A stretch of DNA of 64,000 nt from assembly GCA_026023565.1 (NCBI GenBank), contig JAPETS010000002.1:558001-622000 (forward strand). The letters run 5' to 3'. The DNA is from Cirrosporium novae-zelandiae (lineage: Eukaryota). The notes under the pieces were generated by a model. The model did no database searches. It saw only the letters and a program-made list of their open reading frames with translations, and had not been told where the DNA came from. Shown here in pieces: positions 52,527-64,000 of this stretch; positions within the stretch are counted from its first letter, which is position 1, and every line of letters begins with the position of its first letter. A program made the position numbers and the translations under genes.

Positions 52527-53089
52527 GATGTTTGAACAAAGTTCCTGTTCCAAAATATATATAAAGCTAAATCCAATCGACTGACTGACTGATCGACTAC
52601 CTAGGGTAGTTTGGACTCTTTTGGCCCCTCTCCACCACCACTACTACCACCATCATCACTACCATCACCACCTACCTGCTTAGGGGGGTCAGGGTCAGGG
52701 GGGAGTCAAGGGGTATTTTTTTTATCTCTTTCTTTCATTCATTCATTCATAGACATAGATGTTTGAACAATGTCCTTAATTAAAAAAAAAATCCAACTGA
52801 CTGACTTGGTTTGGTTTGGGAATCTTTTGACCCCTTCTCTTCACTATGGGGGTCGGGGGGTTCTCTTTCACTCATTCATTGTATTCATCCATTCATTCAT
52901 TTCTTTGTCCACTCATTTATTCATTACATTCGTATGATTCAAGAATTCAACAACCCTAACTCTTTTGACCATCTCCTTCACCACCATCGCCATCACCACC
53001 TGCCTTGGGGGGTCAGGGAGAGTCAGGAGGGAGGGTGTTTTATCTCTTTCATTCATTCATTTATTCACTCATCCATCCATTCATTACAT
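52527..53089. repeat. Diverged triplicated low-complexity unit
   Basis: GATGTTTGAACAA..AATCCAA..GACTGACT..TCTTTTG(G/A)CC..CACCACC..GGGGGTCAGGG..TCTCTTTC..ATTCATTCAT repeated from 52527, 52758 and (partial) 52959. Confidence 0.7.
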
Positions 53090-53744
53090 CCACATCATTC
53101 AAGTTAAACATATTCCCTCGACGGATAAATCATTAGAATCCTCGAACGCCTCCAGAAAACTCCAATATACAAGTAGATAGTAGGATAAAAACGTCTTCAG
53201 TCTTGCTAGAGGGGGTAATCTCCTTGCACCCGCACGTGTGTGTGCGTGTATTGGTATTATTTTGTTTTTGTTTTGTTTTTGTCTCTTCTTTAAAAAGTTT
53301 CAAAAACCTCATGCGTAAAATTAAAACTCAGGGGCAAAGCAAAGCAAGCAAGTTGCCATCTTCTCCTCCTCCTCCTCCTAAGATGAATGGGGCCCGTTCG
53401 TTCGTTTCCATCGCCGTCCCAAAGAGGAATTTTATAGGGCGTATTATATATATATTTTTTTACAGGCAAACCGAATAAGCAAGCTAGCACAGACCGAGAC
53501 CGAAAATTTCTCGTAGTTATATATGATCCCACTCCCCCCGGCCCCCGGATTTCGGTGGGTGGGGATGGTGAAGAGGGGCCTTTACCTCCCAAAAAATAAA
53601 AGACAAGAAATAAATAAAAAAAATACATGATCTCATAATTTCAGACCTCCTCTTCACTTCCCTTGGCCTGCGTTTTTTATTTTTGTGCATGCATACACAC
53701 ACCTAATTAAAATTTAATTTATCTGGTATATTATTTTCTTCTCC

Positions 53745-54998
53745 TTATTTTCCTGCTACACTTCTGTTTCCTTCCCTCCGTATTCGTACAATCCTTGGGC
53801 TTCCAACCGTACTCGTACTCGTCGTGCACATGGTCCTGACGCTATTACTCGTTGGACTGGTTGGAACGTTAGACATGGTTCTATGTTTCGTATCATCGAG
53901 GGTGCTGATGGAAGAAGGTGTGGGCTTCCTTTTTCGGTTGCGCCAACGCTCGTAGTCGGAGATAATCTGGCGGAGGTCTGGTTCTGATTCCTGAGAGCGA
54001 TGGCGCGATCGGGGTATGGAGAGGGGGGTGCTTGGACTGGGCGTGCTGGGGCTGGGCTGTTGTGGGAGGTTGATGGGGGAGGAGAGATGAGGGCGATGGC
54101 GATGATGGGGGGTCGGAGGCGTGTTGGGTGCAGATGGCGGGAGGGAAGCGACGAAATTGAAGCCCAGATCTAGATCTAATTGCGCATTTCGACGGCGATG
54201 TTCAGAATTAGCGCTCTTGCGATGCGAGAGGTGGGCGCGTAGAGATGAGTTTTGTGTTTTAAGCTCCGCGAGACCCTTCTCTAGCGTGATGATGCGTTCC
54301 GCGGCTGTGGAGAGCGCAGACACAGTAAGTTTATGTATATGAGCCGACTCTTTGGCGCGTTTGCACAGAGATGCGACCGTGTTGCTAAGCTCAGCGTTGA
54401 AGGATTCCAAAGATGAGAGAACGGTGGATGGGTCGATGGCAGCTTTCGTTGATGGTTTCGATTTTGGTTTTGGCGCCAAAGGACGCTTGACTGGTGACGT
54501 CCATCTGTCGGGATTTATGAAGTCTCTGTGCTCTACTGAAGGTAGTTTCGATGACGCGACTGAGAAAATCGAGGTCACCGACGAGCGGATCGAAGGAGAT
54601 TGCGATCGCGACCGCGACCGCGATTGAGTGGGTGTAACCGTAGATGAAGACACGAACGGCAAAGGTGACTTCGAGGGACCTTCAAATTCTATAATGGCAG
54701 CCTCGGTTTCATCAACGACCGCATGTAGAACCTTTACCATCTCAGAGGGGATGGTCTCGCTACAGGTGATATAGGATGCGATGCCATACAGGCGGTGAAC
54801 GAGTAGGGTTTTGGAATCCGAAAACGTTTTCTGAAAGCCATTTTCATCTGCAACCGAGGTGAAGGAATGAGATGGAGAAGAAAAGTAGTCGGACGTCTGA
54901 GAGAGATGGAGTGGGAAGATTGGGAACGTAGTACCGAGGAAAGGTCTGTAGGTTTGCGGAGTTGGAGTTGGAGTTGGAGTTGGAGTCGGAGAAGTCAT
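53745..54998 (-). CDS. Hypothetical S/T/P-rich protein with central coiled coil
   Basis: Intronless 417-aa ORF with coding-like composition; helical segments TLLVHRLYGIA..VLHAVVDETE and RAKESAHIHKLTVSALSTAAERIITLEKGLAELK. Confidence 0.7.
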   Translation of the reverse strand: MTSPTPTPTPTPTPQTYRPFLGTTFPIFPLHLSQTSDYFSSPSHSFTSVADENGFQKTFSDSKTLLVHRLYGIASYITCSETIPSEMVKVLHAVVDETEAAIIEFEGPSKSPLPFVSSSTVTPTQSRSRSRSQSPSIRSSVTSIFSVASSKLPSVEHRDFINPDRWTSPVKRPLAPKPKSKPSTKAAIDPSTVLSSLESFNAELSNTVASLCKRAKESAHIHKLTVSALSTAAERIITLEKGLAELKTQNSSLRAHLSHRKSANSEHRRRNAQLDLDLGFNFVASLPPSAPNTPPTPHHRHRPHLSSPINLPQQPSPSTPSPSTPLSIPRSRHRSQESEPDLRQIISDYERWRNRKRKPTPSSISTLDDTKHRTMSNVPTSPTSNSVRTMCTTSTSTVGSPRIVRIRREGNRSVAGK

Positions 54999-55381
54999 AG
55001 TGATGGCGACTTAGCTCATCTTATGATAAGAAACATAAACGGTTTTATGTTATAATGTCATTCATACAAGATCCAGAGACAAGCTGGAAAATGGATAATT
55101 TGATAAAAGATGATAGAAAGAACTATAATCTAATTTATGTATTGGATAGAAGAAAGTCAAAGGAAGCTGAGAGATCAAGTAAAATTGCAAGGATTCTGCC
55201 ATGAGGCGCATGGAGGTTGAGTCGGTGAATCCAAGGACCGACCAACCGTACAGCCCCGTACAGCCCCGTACTGTTGCCCGTAATTAATTAACTCGTCAAT
55301 TGATCTTTGCCCTAATCTGATAAGATTAATTATAATTAGTCTAAGATTACCACTTATCCGGACTCGGACTTTTTCCCTGAA

Positions 55382-55395
55382 TGAGTCCTTGACTG
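55382..55395. promoter_or_regulatory. Possible Gcn4/CpcA (TGASTC) element upstream of TRP2
   Basis: TGAGTC at 55382-55387 next to TTGACT, about 180 bp upstream of the ATG. Confidence 0.35.
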
Positions 55396-55562
55396 ACTGG
55401 ACTCGCTATCTAGCCCTAATCGCAAAGCTCTAGTTGGCAAATTGCTGATCTCCCTTGACACTGCATGCATGCTGTAGCGGCCTTATATAGTCGCAGTATC
55501 TGCTGAAGCAATGGGTCTAATGCCGAACGGGGTACGTTTTATCTAACACTTTCAGTCCAAAA

Positions 55563-57347
55563 ATGACACACCCACTGATAGACTTGGAGATCAAAATACA
55601 ACCGGCCTTCGAAGCCGTTGAGGAGATCGTACATCTCTCTTCCAAAATCTCCAAACCTCCCAACCTAGTGCCTCTTTGCGCATCTATTCCCGCGGATCTT
55701 CTCACGCCCTCTGCTGCTTATCTGAAAGTCTCGACGAAGTATGGTTGATAATTGCTTGGATAACTGGTAGTGTTGTGCTGACTGTATGACTCAGAGTCAA
55801 GTCAGACTACTCATTTTTATTCGAGAGTGCAACAACATCAGAGACAATTGGGAGATATAGTTTTATCGGCGCTGGTGAATATGTATCTGCGGAATCAATC
55901 GGAAAAGTATTGACATACTTCAGGTCCTCGAAAAGTGATCGAAACTGGTCCTGACCATGGCCGCGAAATCGACCCCCTTCCAATCTTGGAAGAGGAGCTC
56001 AGTAAATATCGCGTCGCCTCGATTCCTAGTCTCAAGTTGCCTCCTCTCAATGGTGCAATTGGCTATGTATCCTACGACTGCGTACGATACTTTGAACCCA
56101 AAACAGCTCGGACGGACATGAAAGATGTGCTACACCTTCCCGAATCCCTCTTCATGCTCTACGACACTATTATTGCATTCGACCACTTCTTCCAAATTAT
56201 GAAAGTAATTACATATATGCACTTACCACCATCGTGTTCGTCAAAGGATGAATTGAAAGCTGCTTACGATTCAGCGTGTGACATTATCCAATCCACCATC
56301 TCCCTCCTCCGCTCCCCGGACACACCTCTCCCGGAACAAGGCCCTATAACTCCCAACCAACCCTTCACATCCAACATTGGTCAGGAAGGGTACGAAAATC
56401 ATGTCAAGACCTTAAAAACTCATATCAATGCCGGCGACATAATCCAATGCGTACCCTCGCAGCGCTTCGCACGGCCCACATCCCTCCACCCTTTCAACAT
56501 CTACCGAACCTTACGAACTCTCAACCCCTCTCCTTACCTCTTCTACATTTCCTGCAAAACCTTCTACATCATCGGCGCCTCCCCCGAACTCCTTATTAAA
56601 ACCGACGGCAATGTCCCCCTCCCAAGCTCTGACCCCACCAATTCAACTTCAGAAAAACCCCTCCTGCGCCCCCGCATAATCTCCCACCCCATCGCTGGCA
56701 CCGTTGCTCGCGGCCCCGACCCCATCACGGACGCAAAACTCGCAGCTGTTCTCCTTGGCTCCTTAAAAGACCGTGCTGAGCATGTCATGCTGGTGGATCT
56801 AGCACGCAACGACCTAAACCGCGTATGCTCGCCCCTTACCGTCTCCGTCGACCGCCTCATGCACGTCGAACGTTTCAGTCACGTCCAGCATCTTGTCTCA
56901 GAAGTATCGGGAGTCCTGCGTCCCGAAGCCTCCCGCTTTGACGCCTTCCGAAGTGTCTTCCCTGCCGGCACCGTCAGTGGCGCACCGAAAGTCCGCGCAA
57001 TGGAACTAATCGCTAATCTGGAGAGAGAAAAGCGCGGAGTTTACGCCGGAGCCGTTGGATACTGGGGAATTGACTCCGTACAGCTGCTCAAGAAATCCAC
57101 CGCGATAGATCCCATTGCACAAGGCTCCAAGGATGATATTGAGGTCGAAGAAATACATGCGTCTGGTCCCATGGACACGTGCATTGCGCTACGGACCATG
57201 GTTTTCAAAGACGGAGTCGCGTATCTACAGGCAGGCGGAGGCATCGTTCTAGACTCAGATCCTTACGATGAGTGGGTAGAGACGATCAACAAGCTAGCGG
57301 CTAATAAAAGGTGCATTGATCTAGCAGAGGAGATATTCCAGCCTTAG
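55563..57347 (+). CDS. TRP2: Anthranilate synthase component I
   Basis: Introns 55739..55794 and 55875..55923; FLFESA, GRYSFIGA, NPSPYLF, HPIAGT, KDRAEHVMLVDLARND, FPAGTVSGAPKVRAM, QAGGGIV. Confidence 0.97.
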
Positions 57348-58207
57348 GTTTCATTTGGGGAGAAAGGAACGAAAAAGATGCAAACAATGGAGAGAGTGCG
57401 GGGCGGAGTTTTGCTTTTACGAATACCACACAAAAAAATGGTTGCATGACAAAAAACATTTTTTTCGAGAAAGTCGTTCTAATATCGAGAATAGGAGGGG
57501 GGGGGGGTTATTTGGTTGTGGCAGAGCGTGACATTTAGCATATTCACTCACTTGAGCCAAGCGTTTCATGTCCGAGTTTTTATCATTAATTGGAATCGTG
57601 AATGAAATGGTGCCACCACAAAAGGACCCCCTTGCTCTCTCTCCTCAAGTTCTGCGACATGATTACAAAATAATGGTTATAAAATGACATTTTATTGTTT
57701 CATTTCAAAAGGATCCCCCCTAATATAAGCCCTAGTAATGAAAAAAAAAGAAGGCGCATAAAAGATAACCAAGTCCGCCAAGCGTAAAAGGAAATATGAA
57801 GTAAGGAAAAAACCGCTCTCAGAGAATTCGACACACGGACAGACTTGTTAAAAGGGTCCTCCTTGCCCTTGACTAGTAAAACACGAGATTTGGAAGTTTT
57901 TTTTTTTTAGAAATTGGGGATAGCTAACCCTCGTGGGTCTGGTTTTATGAAAACTTGGCCCTCTTCCCAATTGAATGCCTGACCTCGCAGGCTAAAAGTG
58001 GAACAAAGTAAAATATTTGTACAGTAAGAAAGTGAGTGAGTGGTGGTAGTGTTCGTAGACATCACCTAGCGTATATATGGAGGGGGTTTAAGATGCGCAA
58101 GGCAACAAAATATCCTTTCAATAAAAGATCTGGCTGTCAAAATCCTAAAACTTGAGATGGTATCACGGTTATTGAATAGGCGACTTTAAATATGGCTCTG
58201 GCATGGT

Positions 58208-59835
58208 TTAAAATCCATTTGGGTTGCCAGTGGCATCGTCAGGATAGACACCAAAAGCCAAAGCAATGATTAGGTACCTGTTCCTGTTAGTATGGTGTAT
58301 CCTCCTTGTAGGAAACGCAGGAAGGATAATAACTCACATTCCCAAAAGCATTGCGCCTTCTAAATAATTGGACTTTCCATCTTGGATGAGATAGTTTACT
58401 ACCAAGACACTCAAGAAAAACACGACAGTCTCGAACAACTCGAAATGGAGCGTCATGTTGACTCCCATAATCCATCCAAGAATAACTAAGAACGGTGTCA
58501 CCAAAAGCGCAATTTGCATACTACTACCAATGGCGACGCCCATGGCCAGATCCATTTTATTCTTCCAAGATACGACAACGGCTGTAACATGTTCTGCGGC
58601 ATTTCCAACGATAGGAAGAAGGATTAAGCCAATAAAGGTTTTGGTAATGTGTGTGGACTCAACAATTGCATCGATACTATCGACAAGGTACTCGGCGCAG
58701 ACGGCGACTAGAACTGTTACCACCACCAGGGCAATTCCGGCAGCCCATGGATTCAAGATATGTTCTTCCTCATCCTCTTCTTCCTCTCCCGCGTCAAAGA
58801 AATCGGCATGACTCTTAAGCTGGAAATAAAGGTACATGACATAGAGCACGAGAAGTATTATGGCAGTGCCATGCGACAAAATGATGACATGAGCCTCACT
58901 GTCTGCCTTGGAGCCACTCATGGCAGCATATAGGGTTGCTGGGATGATCAAGGAGGCAGATGCGACCGCCATCAGCGATGACATAGTGGATGCTGCGGTC
59001 TCGTTGAACTTCTGCTCCTTGTATTTAAGACCGCCGGTGAAAAAGCAGCAACCAAGAACGAGCAATATATTAGAGAGAATGCTCCCAAGCATGCTAGATT
59101 GAACAATTCGGATCTGACCCTCTTTGAGGGCGACAATGCTAACCTACAATTCATCAATGAACGATCCTTAGGTTTAAATCGGATTCAGAGCTTACAATTA
59201 GTTCGACTGCATTTCCAAATGTCGCATTCAAGAGGCCACCCAAAGTTTGACCAAGCTTCACAGCAAGCTCTTCTGTAGCAAAGCTCAACAGTGATGCCAA
59301 CGGTATAATGGCTAGAAAATTCAGGGTAAAGACGGTTCCAGCGGACCAACCCAATTTTCCTGCTACAATACCCAAAGGTACAAAAACCAAAAGTACATTC
59401 ACATAATTGTTCAGCAACGTTCGTTGTGTGAGATGCCAAGTGTATGCTGGCCATCGAACCCAGGCTCGCTCATCTTCATGATAGGGGTTTCCGTTTGAAC
59501 CATTCCAACGAGGAAGTTGATCACTGAGAAGGCCTGAATGCTCATCGGTATCCTGTATAGATCCATTTCCATTTTCTTCTATATGGACAGGCATGCTGGA
59601 AATAATGCGCCCACTGAGGCTGCGACCACTAGCTGTGCGCCGGTGATAATTCGACCCGTATTTGTTAAAAGAGGACCTGATAGCAGCTTGAAAAAATGGG
59701 ATAAAATCAGCCTGAGATATTATTCGGTTCAAACTGTCTAGGGAAAGAAAAGGAAGGACAAAGGGTGGGTAGACAAGTAGCGAGTAGAAAGAGATATGCG
59801 GCTTGAAGGGAAAAAAAGGAACCCAACTAACCCAT
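58208..59835 (-). CDS. VCX1: Vacuolar Ca2+/H+ antiporter (CAX family)
   Basis: GNAVE and GNAAEH alpha-repeats, acidic loop, dileucine EHSGLL; introns 59831..59738 (after a 4-nt ATGG coding exon), 59195..59144, 58337..58278; alternative start M at 59594. Confidence 0.93.
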
Positions 59836-61099
59836 GAATACTGCTATGTACGGTAATAACAGTACAGATAATCAACCAGGTTGCCAAGGAGGACCGCCGA
59901 AGAGGCTGACGGAGCCAGGGAATAGATTACAAGCTTGGCGTGACCTCGGGAATCTAAATAATATGGGGATGGGGTATAGTTACAACAATAATTCAATGTG
60001 GGGCAATTGACTTAAAAAGGCCTAAGAAAGATGGGGTTGGATTTGTTGATAGAAAGTAATTACCAAGGAGTTGAGAGTGGTGGAAAATAAAACAATACAG
60101 GGAAGGGTCTAGGAAATTGGTAGTTGGAAGAAGTGCTGAAATAAGAGGGGGGTTGAATGGATGGATAGATGTCGACAAGATGAATTGTGTTTAACTTTTT
60201 ACTTTTTGACGGTTGGAGCTGTTTGCGCTGGTGAATGGATTGGATTGAATGACGTACCGAGCATTTTGCACAGCCCCCTTAAGCTTGCTTGGCATCTTGG
60301 CATTTCAGTTCTTTGGGTTCTGTGGTCCGGACAACGCAACGCTCGCCTATGATCTTCAACTAACAACAACTCCACCGCCATCAGCACTTTATTTACTTTG
60401 TCGCTTCGACTTCAGTCCTCGACCTGGGTGACCTTGGTGACCGCCTCTGATAAATCATCTTACACTCTTGTGACTATTGTCTTACAACTCTGTTGTTTAT
60501 GATGAATCTATTTATCCCCTTGTTATCCCCTGAGTTTCATAATTTTAAGGTACTAAAATGTGGATCTGCTTGACAATATTTGTTATTCTGGCTATAGCTG
60601 GACCCTTGAGTCAATCCTGGCCAGATCTCGTTATCGCTTCCCGGTTGAACTCATCCCAACGGAACAACCAACGTCTCCCAAGAATGAAAAGGATATCAGT
60701 AATTACTGAGATAGCAACCATGGGACCATACACCGAACGAGTACAACCAAACACTCCATAATACACGTTAAAACCCTTCTAAATGTCCTACTTGAATGTA
60801 TGCATATCTAGAGAATTGGTGGTAGATGATATTATAGGAGATATAGCATATTCACAGGAGTTGCTTGCACGTTTGAACCTGAATTCCAAGGCTAGAGAGC
60901 TCGTTTGCTGCGCCACGCAGCCATTACCATTTATTTCATCATAAAGACTGTTGCCTTTTCTTGCCTTGTCTGCGCCAACGCCTCTTCCAATAATAAGTAC
61001 TTTAGGTAACAGAAAGTCACATGCTCTTCCCTCCCGTTGAGATTCTTGCTTGGACCAGCTCAGTATGACCATATTATTATAATTTGGTCTGTTGGTTGT

Positions 61100-61975
61100 T
61101 CAATGGAATTTGCTGTAGATAACAGCAAAAATTAGAAGGACCAATACAGTAATGATTGCAATGGTTATAATCCGATTCGTAGCCATCCTGCAACAAATTT
61201 CATTAGTATCATAATAGTCTTCCAAGCACCTACGCGTAAAGTATTGCGACCAAACAGGTGGATAGGTAAGGGAATGCCAATTACCTACGAGCCATCCCTC
61301 TCAGTCTCTTTACTGCAGAGTCGGTATAGCCCTCACTCTCTAATAACGCCTGTCTTGTATGCATAATCGTCTCCCTCTGCGTGTGTAAATCTGCTAGTGT
61401 TCCTCGCCCAATGTCCTCTGTTTCTAGAGCAATCCTCTGACTCTCCCTCAAGCGTTGGCTACTACGATCTAAACGTTCGGTACCAGACAGAAGCTGTTGA
61501 CGTTGCGCAAGTTGCGGGTCTGAGGGTGTATCATCATCGGTATAACGGGAGCCGAAGAGAGCGGAGCGATCGGAAGACAGGGATTTAAGGGCGCGGGAGA
61601 GATCATCGACATCGGTTTGATGGTTGCGGAAACGAGTGTTTGCAGCAGGGCGATGAGGAGTAGGTATGTTTTGTTTCTCGAGCCGGAGTTGGTCGAGCTG
61701 GAGCGCAAAGAGATTAGAATACGTCATGTTAAAATGTATATGTATTTGAAAAGTGAAAGCAACGTAGTATCATCTGTAAGTATTAAACGTACAAGCTCCT
61801 TTGCTTCCTCTAATGCCCTCTCAGCCTGGTGGATAGCAGCTTTTCGCGGTTCCCCAGACAGTTCTGGAATCTGTTCAAGCTTTTGATTGAGATCAGCTCG
61901 AACAAGCTTTAATTCAGCTTCGTAGCTGCTGAATAGCTCGGTGCCAATATCGGTATCAAGAGGATTTTGCGACAT
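61100..61975 (-). CDS. VTI1: Vesicle transport v-SNARE Vti1
   Basis: ELFSSYEAEL Habc region, QRQQLLSGTERL..ETEDIG..L SNARE motif, C-terminal TM; introns 61792..61698 and 61284..61188. Confidence 0.95.
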
Positions 61976-62777
61976 CTTAATAGTTGATCAAGAAAGGAGC
62001 TATTTGCAAAAGTACGTAGGAGAGTAATCGGTTCTGTGTGAGGGCTGAACAGGTTGAACGGGGCGGGAGCTAGTGAGATCTGGAAATTGAAATATGATTA
62101 CGCAAGGTTTCCGGAGAGGGGCGAAATTGAATATAGGAGAGTAGGAGAGTAGGAGAGGAGGGCGGGCAGCGGGGATTCAGGTCACAGTGCTTTCGAAAGT
62201 AGATTGAATAATGATTAACAGAGGTAGGATGAAGGGAAATTCTGATGATTATGATGAGATGTTACAATGTGTTCCTCCATTCTTTTAGAGATTGAACGTA
62301 TTGTCACTTCCGCCCGGGCTTGGCATTCAGCTGTGGGGTCCGAGTCCGAGTTTGATGACTTTAGATCTCTTTGTTCCTGCATAGTTCAACTTATCAACAT
62401 GTACAGTACATATACAATTTGTCTATTAATTCAAAATGTTATTTCTGCTGATGTTTTAATATCCAATCATTAACTTGTCTCGGTAGTGAATGTCCTCCCT
62501 CCCTTGGTTACGAATCTTGGTGTTGATGTCATGGATATTAAATGAATGCAGGTTGTGAAAGCTGGGTGAATGAATGTCGTGGACATTCCTGTCGTTCCTT
62601 TATACGCATATAATTGCTTTCAGATCCTTAACTTAGTAATTTAATCATTCCATCTTTTCCTTCGTACCAAGATATTAAACTGAACTATTGCCATAACATA
62701 TCTACTCGCTGAAAAGGTCTTCAAATTTGTTGTCCAGAGCTCTCTTCAACCAAGCTTTCTTCACCACCCAGAGCTAC

Positions 62778-64000
62778 ATGGATAACCACTTGAATAGCAT
62801 CCGCATGAACATCAACAGCGTGGACAAGAAGAAGAGGAAGAAGATAGCCATTGTAGGCAGCGGCTGCTCAGGCCTAGCTGCCCTCTATTCGCTCCGGTCG
62901 ACTTCCCATGAGGTTCATATATACGAATCAGCCGAACGGCTTGGGGGTCACGCCAATACCGTTGTAATCGAACGAGATGGCATAAAAATCCCCGTGGATA
63001 CTGGCTTTATCGTCTTGAATAATTTTACATACCGTAAGTCAGCACTGGCATCATCCTCTATTCCTCTTCACGCCTATCACCAGACGAAGACAAATCCAAC
63101 AAAACGTCTAAACAATGATCGAAAAAATTGGTAGCCTAGGTAATGCCTAGTAGTCTAAGCATTTAGTCAACTAACCTCGTTTGATAGCAAATTTCACTTC
63201 CTTCTTAAAAGAAGCAAATATCCCAACCGTCTCATCAGAAATGACATTCAGTGTCACTCGCGGTGGGGGTCAATTTGAATGGGCTGGCACGTCGATCAAT
63301 TCCATCTTTGCCCAGCGCTCTAACCTCCTTAAATTAAGCTTCTGGCGGATGATATTCGATATTATTCGCTTTAACCACTTTGCTGCGGATCTCCTTATTT
63401 CTAATGATAATGGGGAATATGTCAACCTCCCTAGTAACGTCAGCAGTCTTAAGGGTTCTTCCCTTACAGATGGCGGAGGTGAATCTATCGACGATTATCT
63501 TACCCGTGAGAATTACTCCGCTGCTTTTCGGGACGATTATCTGATCCCCATGACTGCAGCAATCTGGAGCACGCCACCTTCAGACTGTGCGCTTTCATTT
63601 CCCATCCTAACCCTCGTTCAGTTTATGTACAATCACCACCTTCTAAACACTATCACTCCGCGTCCGGAATGGCTGAGCATCACTGGTGGCTCATGTAAAT
63701 ATATCGAAGCTATCACGGCCTCGTTCCCCAAATCGCAACTATGTGTCCACATGAACACGAAAGTATCTTCTCTGCAGCCAATAACGGGCGGCTTAGTTAA
63801 TCTCTGGACCGACGGAGACCCAAGCCCAAAGAAGTTCGACCATGTGGTCCTAGCTGTACACGGGCCCCAGGCAGCAGATATCATGAAGGAGTACGGGACT
63901 GACGAGGAGAAGAAAATACTAGGGTATTTCAAAACGAGTAAGAATGTTGCAGTTTTACATTCTGATGAATCCGTGAGCAGTGTTTCCTAGGTCAGCCAAT
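62778..64000 (+). CDS. FAD-dependent oxidoreductase (flavin amine-oxidase-like, COG2907 type), truncated at the right edge
   Basis: KIAIVGSGCSGLAA, RLGGHANTV, VDTGFIVLN..TY|PNF, SEMTFSV..FEWAG, YLIPMTAAIWS, AVLHSD; intron 63034..63187, next donor at 63973. Confidence 0.9.

Overview
Window of a filamentous ascomycete (Pezizomycotina-type) nuclear genome with short GT-AG introns and CTRAC branch sites. About 18 protein-coding genes can be reconstructed by hand-splicing the ORF track: CCT8 (truncated at the left edge), an LtrA-family membrane protein, a beta-carbonic anhydrase, a DUF2235/Tle1-like hydrolase, a UBE3C/Hul5-like HECT ligase, PAB1, an ornithine cyclodeaminase/mu-crystallin-like protein, a SidL-like N5-hydroxyornithine acetyltransferase, peroxisomal thiolase (PTS2), RIB3, mitochondrial mL41/MRPL27, UTP14, a GH81 endo-1,3-beta-glucanase, a small secreted CFEM protein, an intronless 417-aa coiled-coil hypothetical, TRP2, a CAX/VCX1 Ca2+/H+ antiporter, VTI1 and an FAD-dependent oxidoreductase (truncated at the right edge). 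The region 1.0-20.7 kb is gene-poor and holds decayed coding relics: an NB-ARC/TPR NLR, an SDR C-terminus, and ankyrin plus HET-motif fragments. The region 51-53.7 kb is low-complexity DNA with diverged tandem duplications. I found no tRNA, rRNA, CRISPR array or intact transposon. I cannot demonstrate a new biological system from the sequence alone. The best leads are: (i) two neighbouring genes (LtrA-like, carbonic anhydrase) whose unusually long introns each carry a canonical upstream 3' splice site that creates a premature stop, one with an internal hairpin; (ii) a 6-Cys CFEM protein with a Kex2-releasable basic tail encoded partly on its own micro-exon; (iii) several genes with alternative N-termini that would change localisation.
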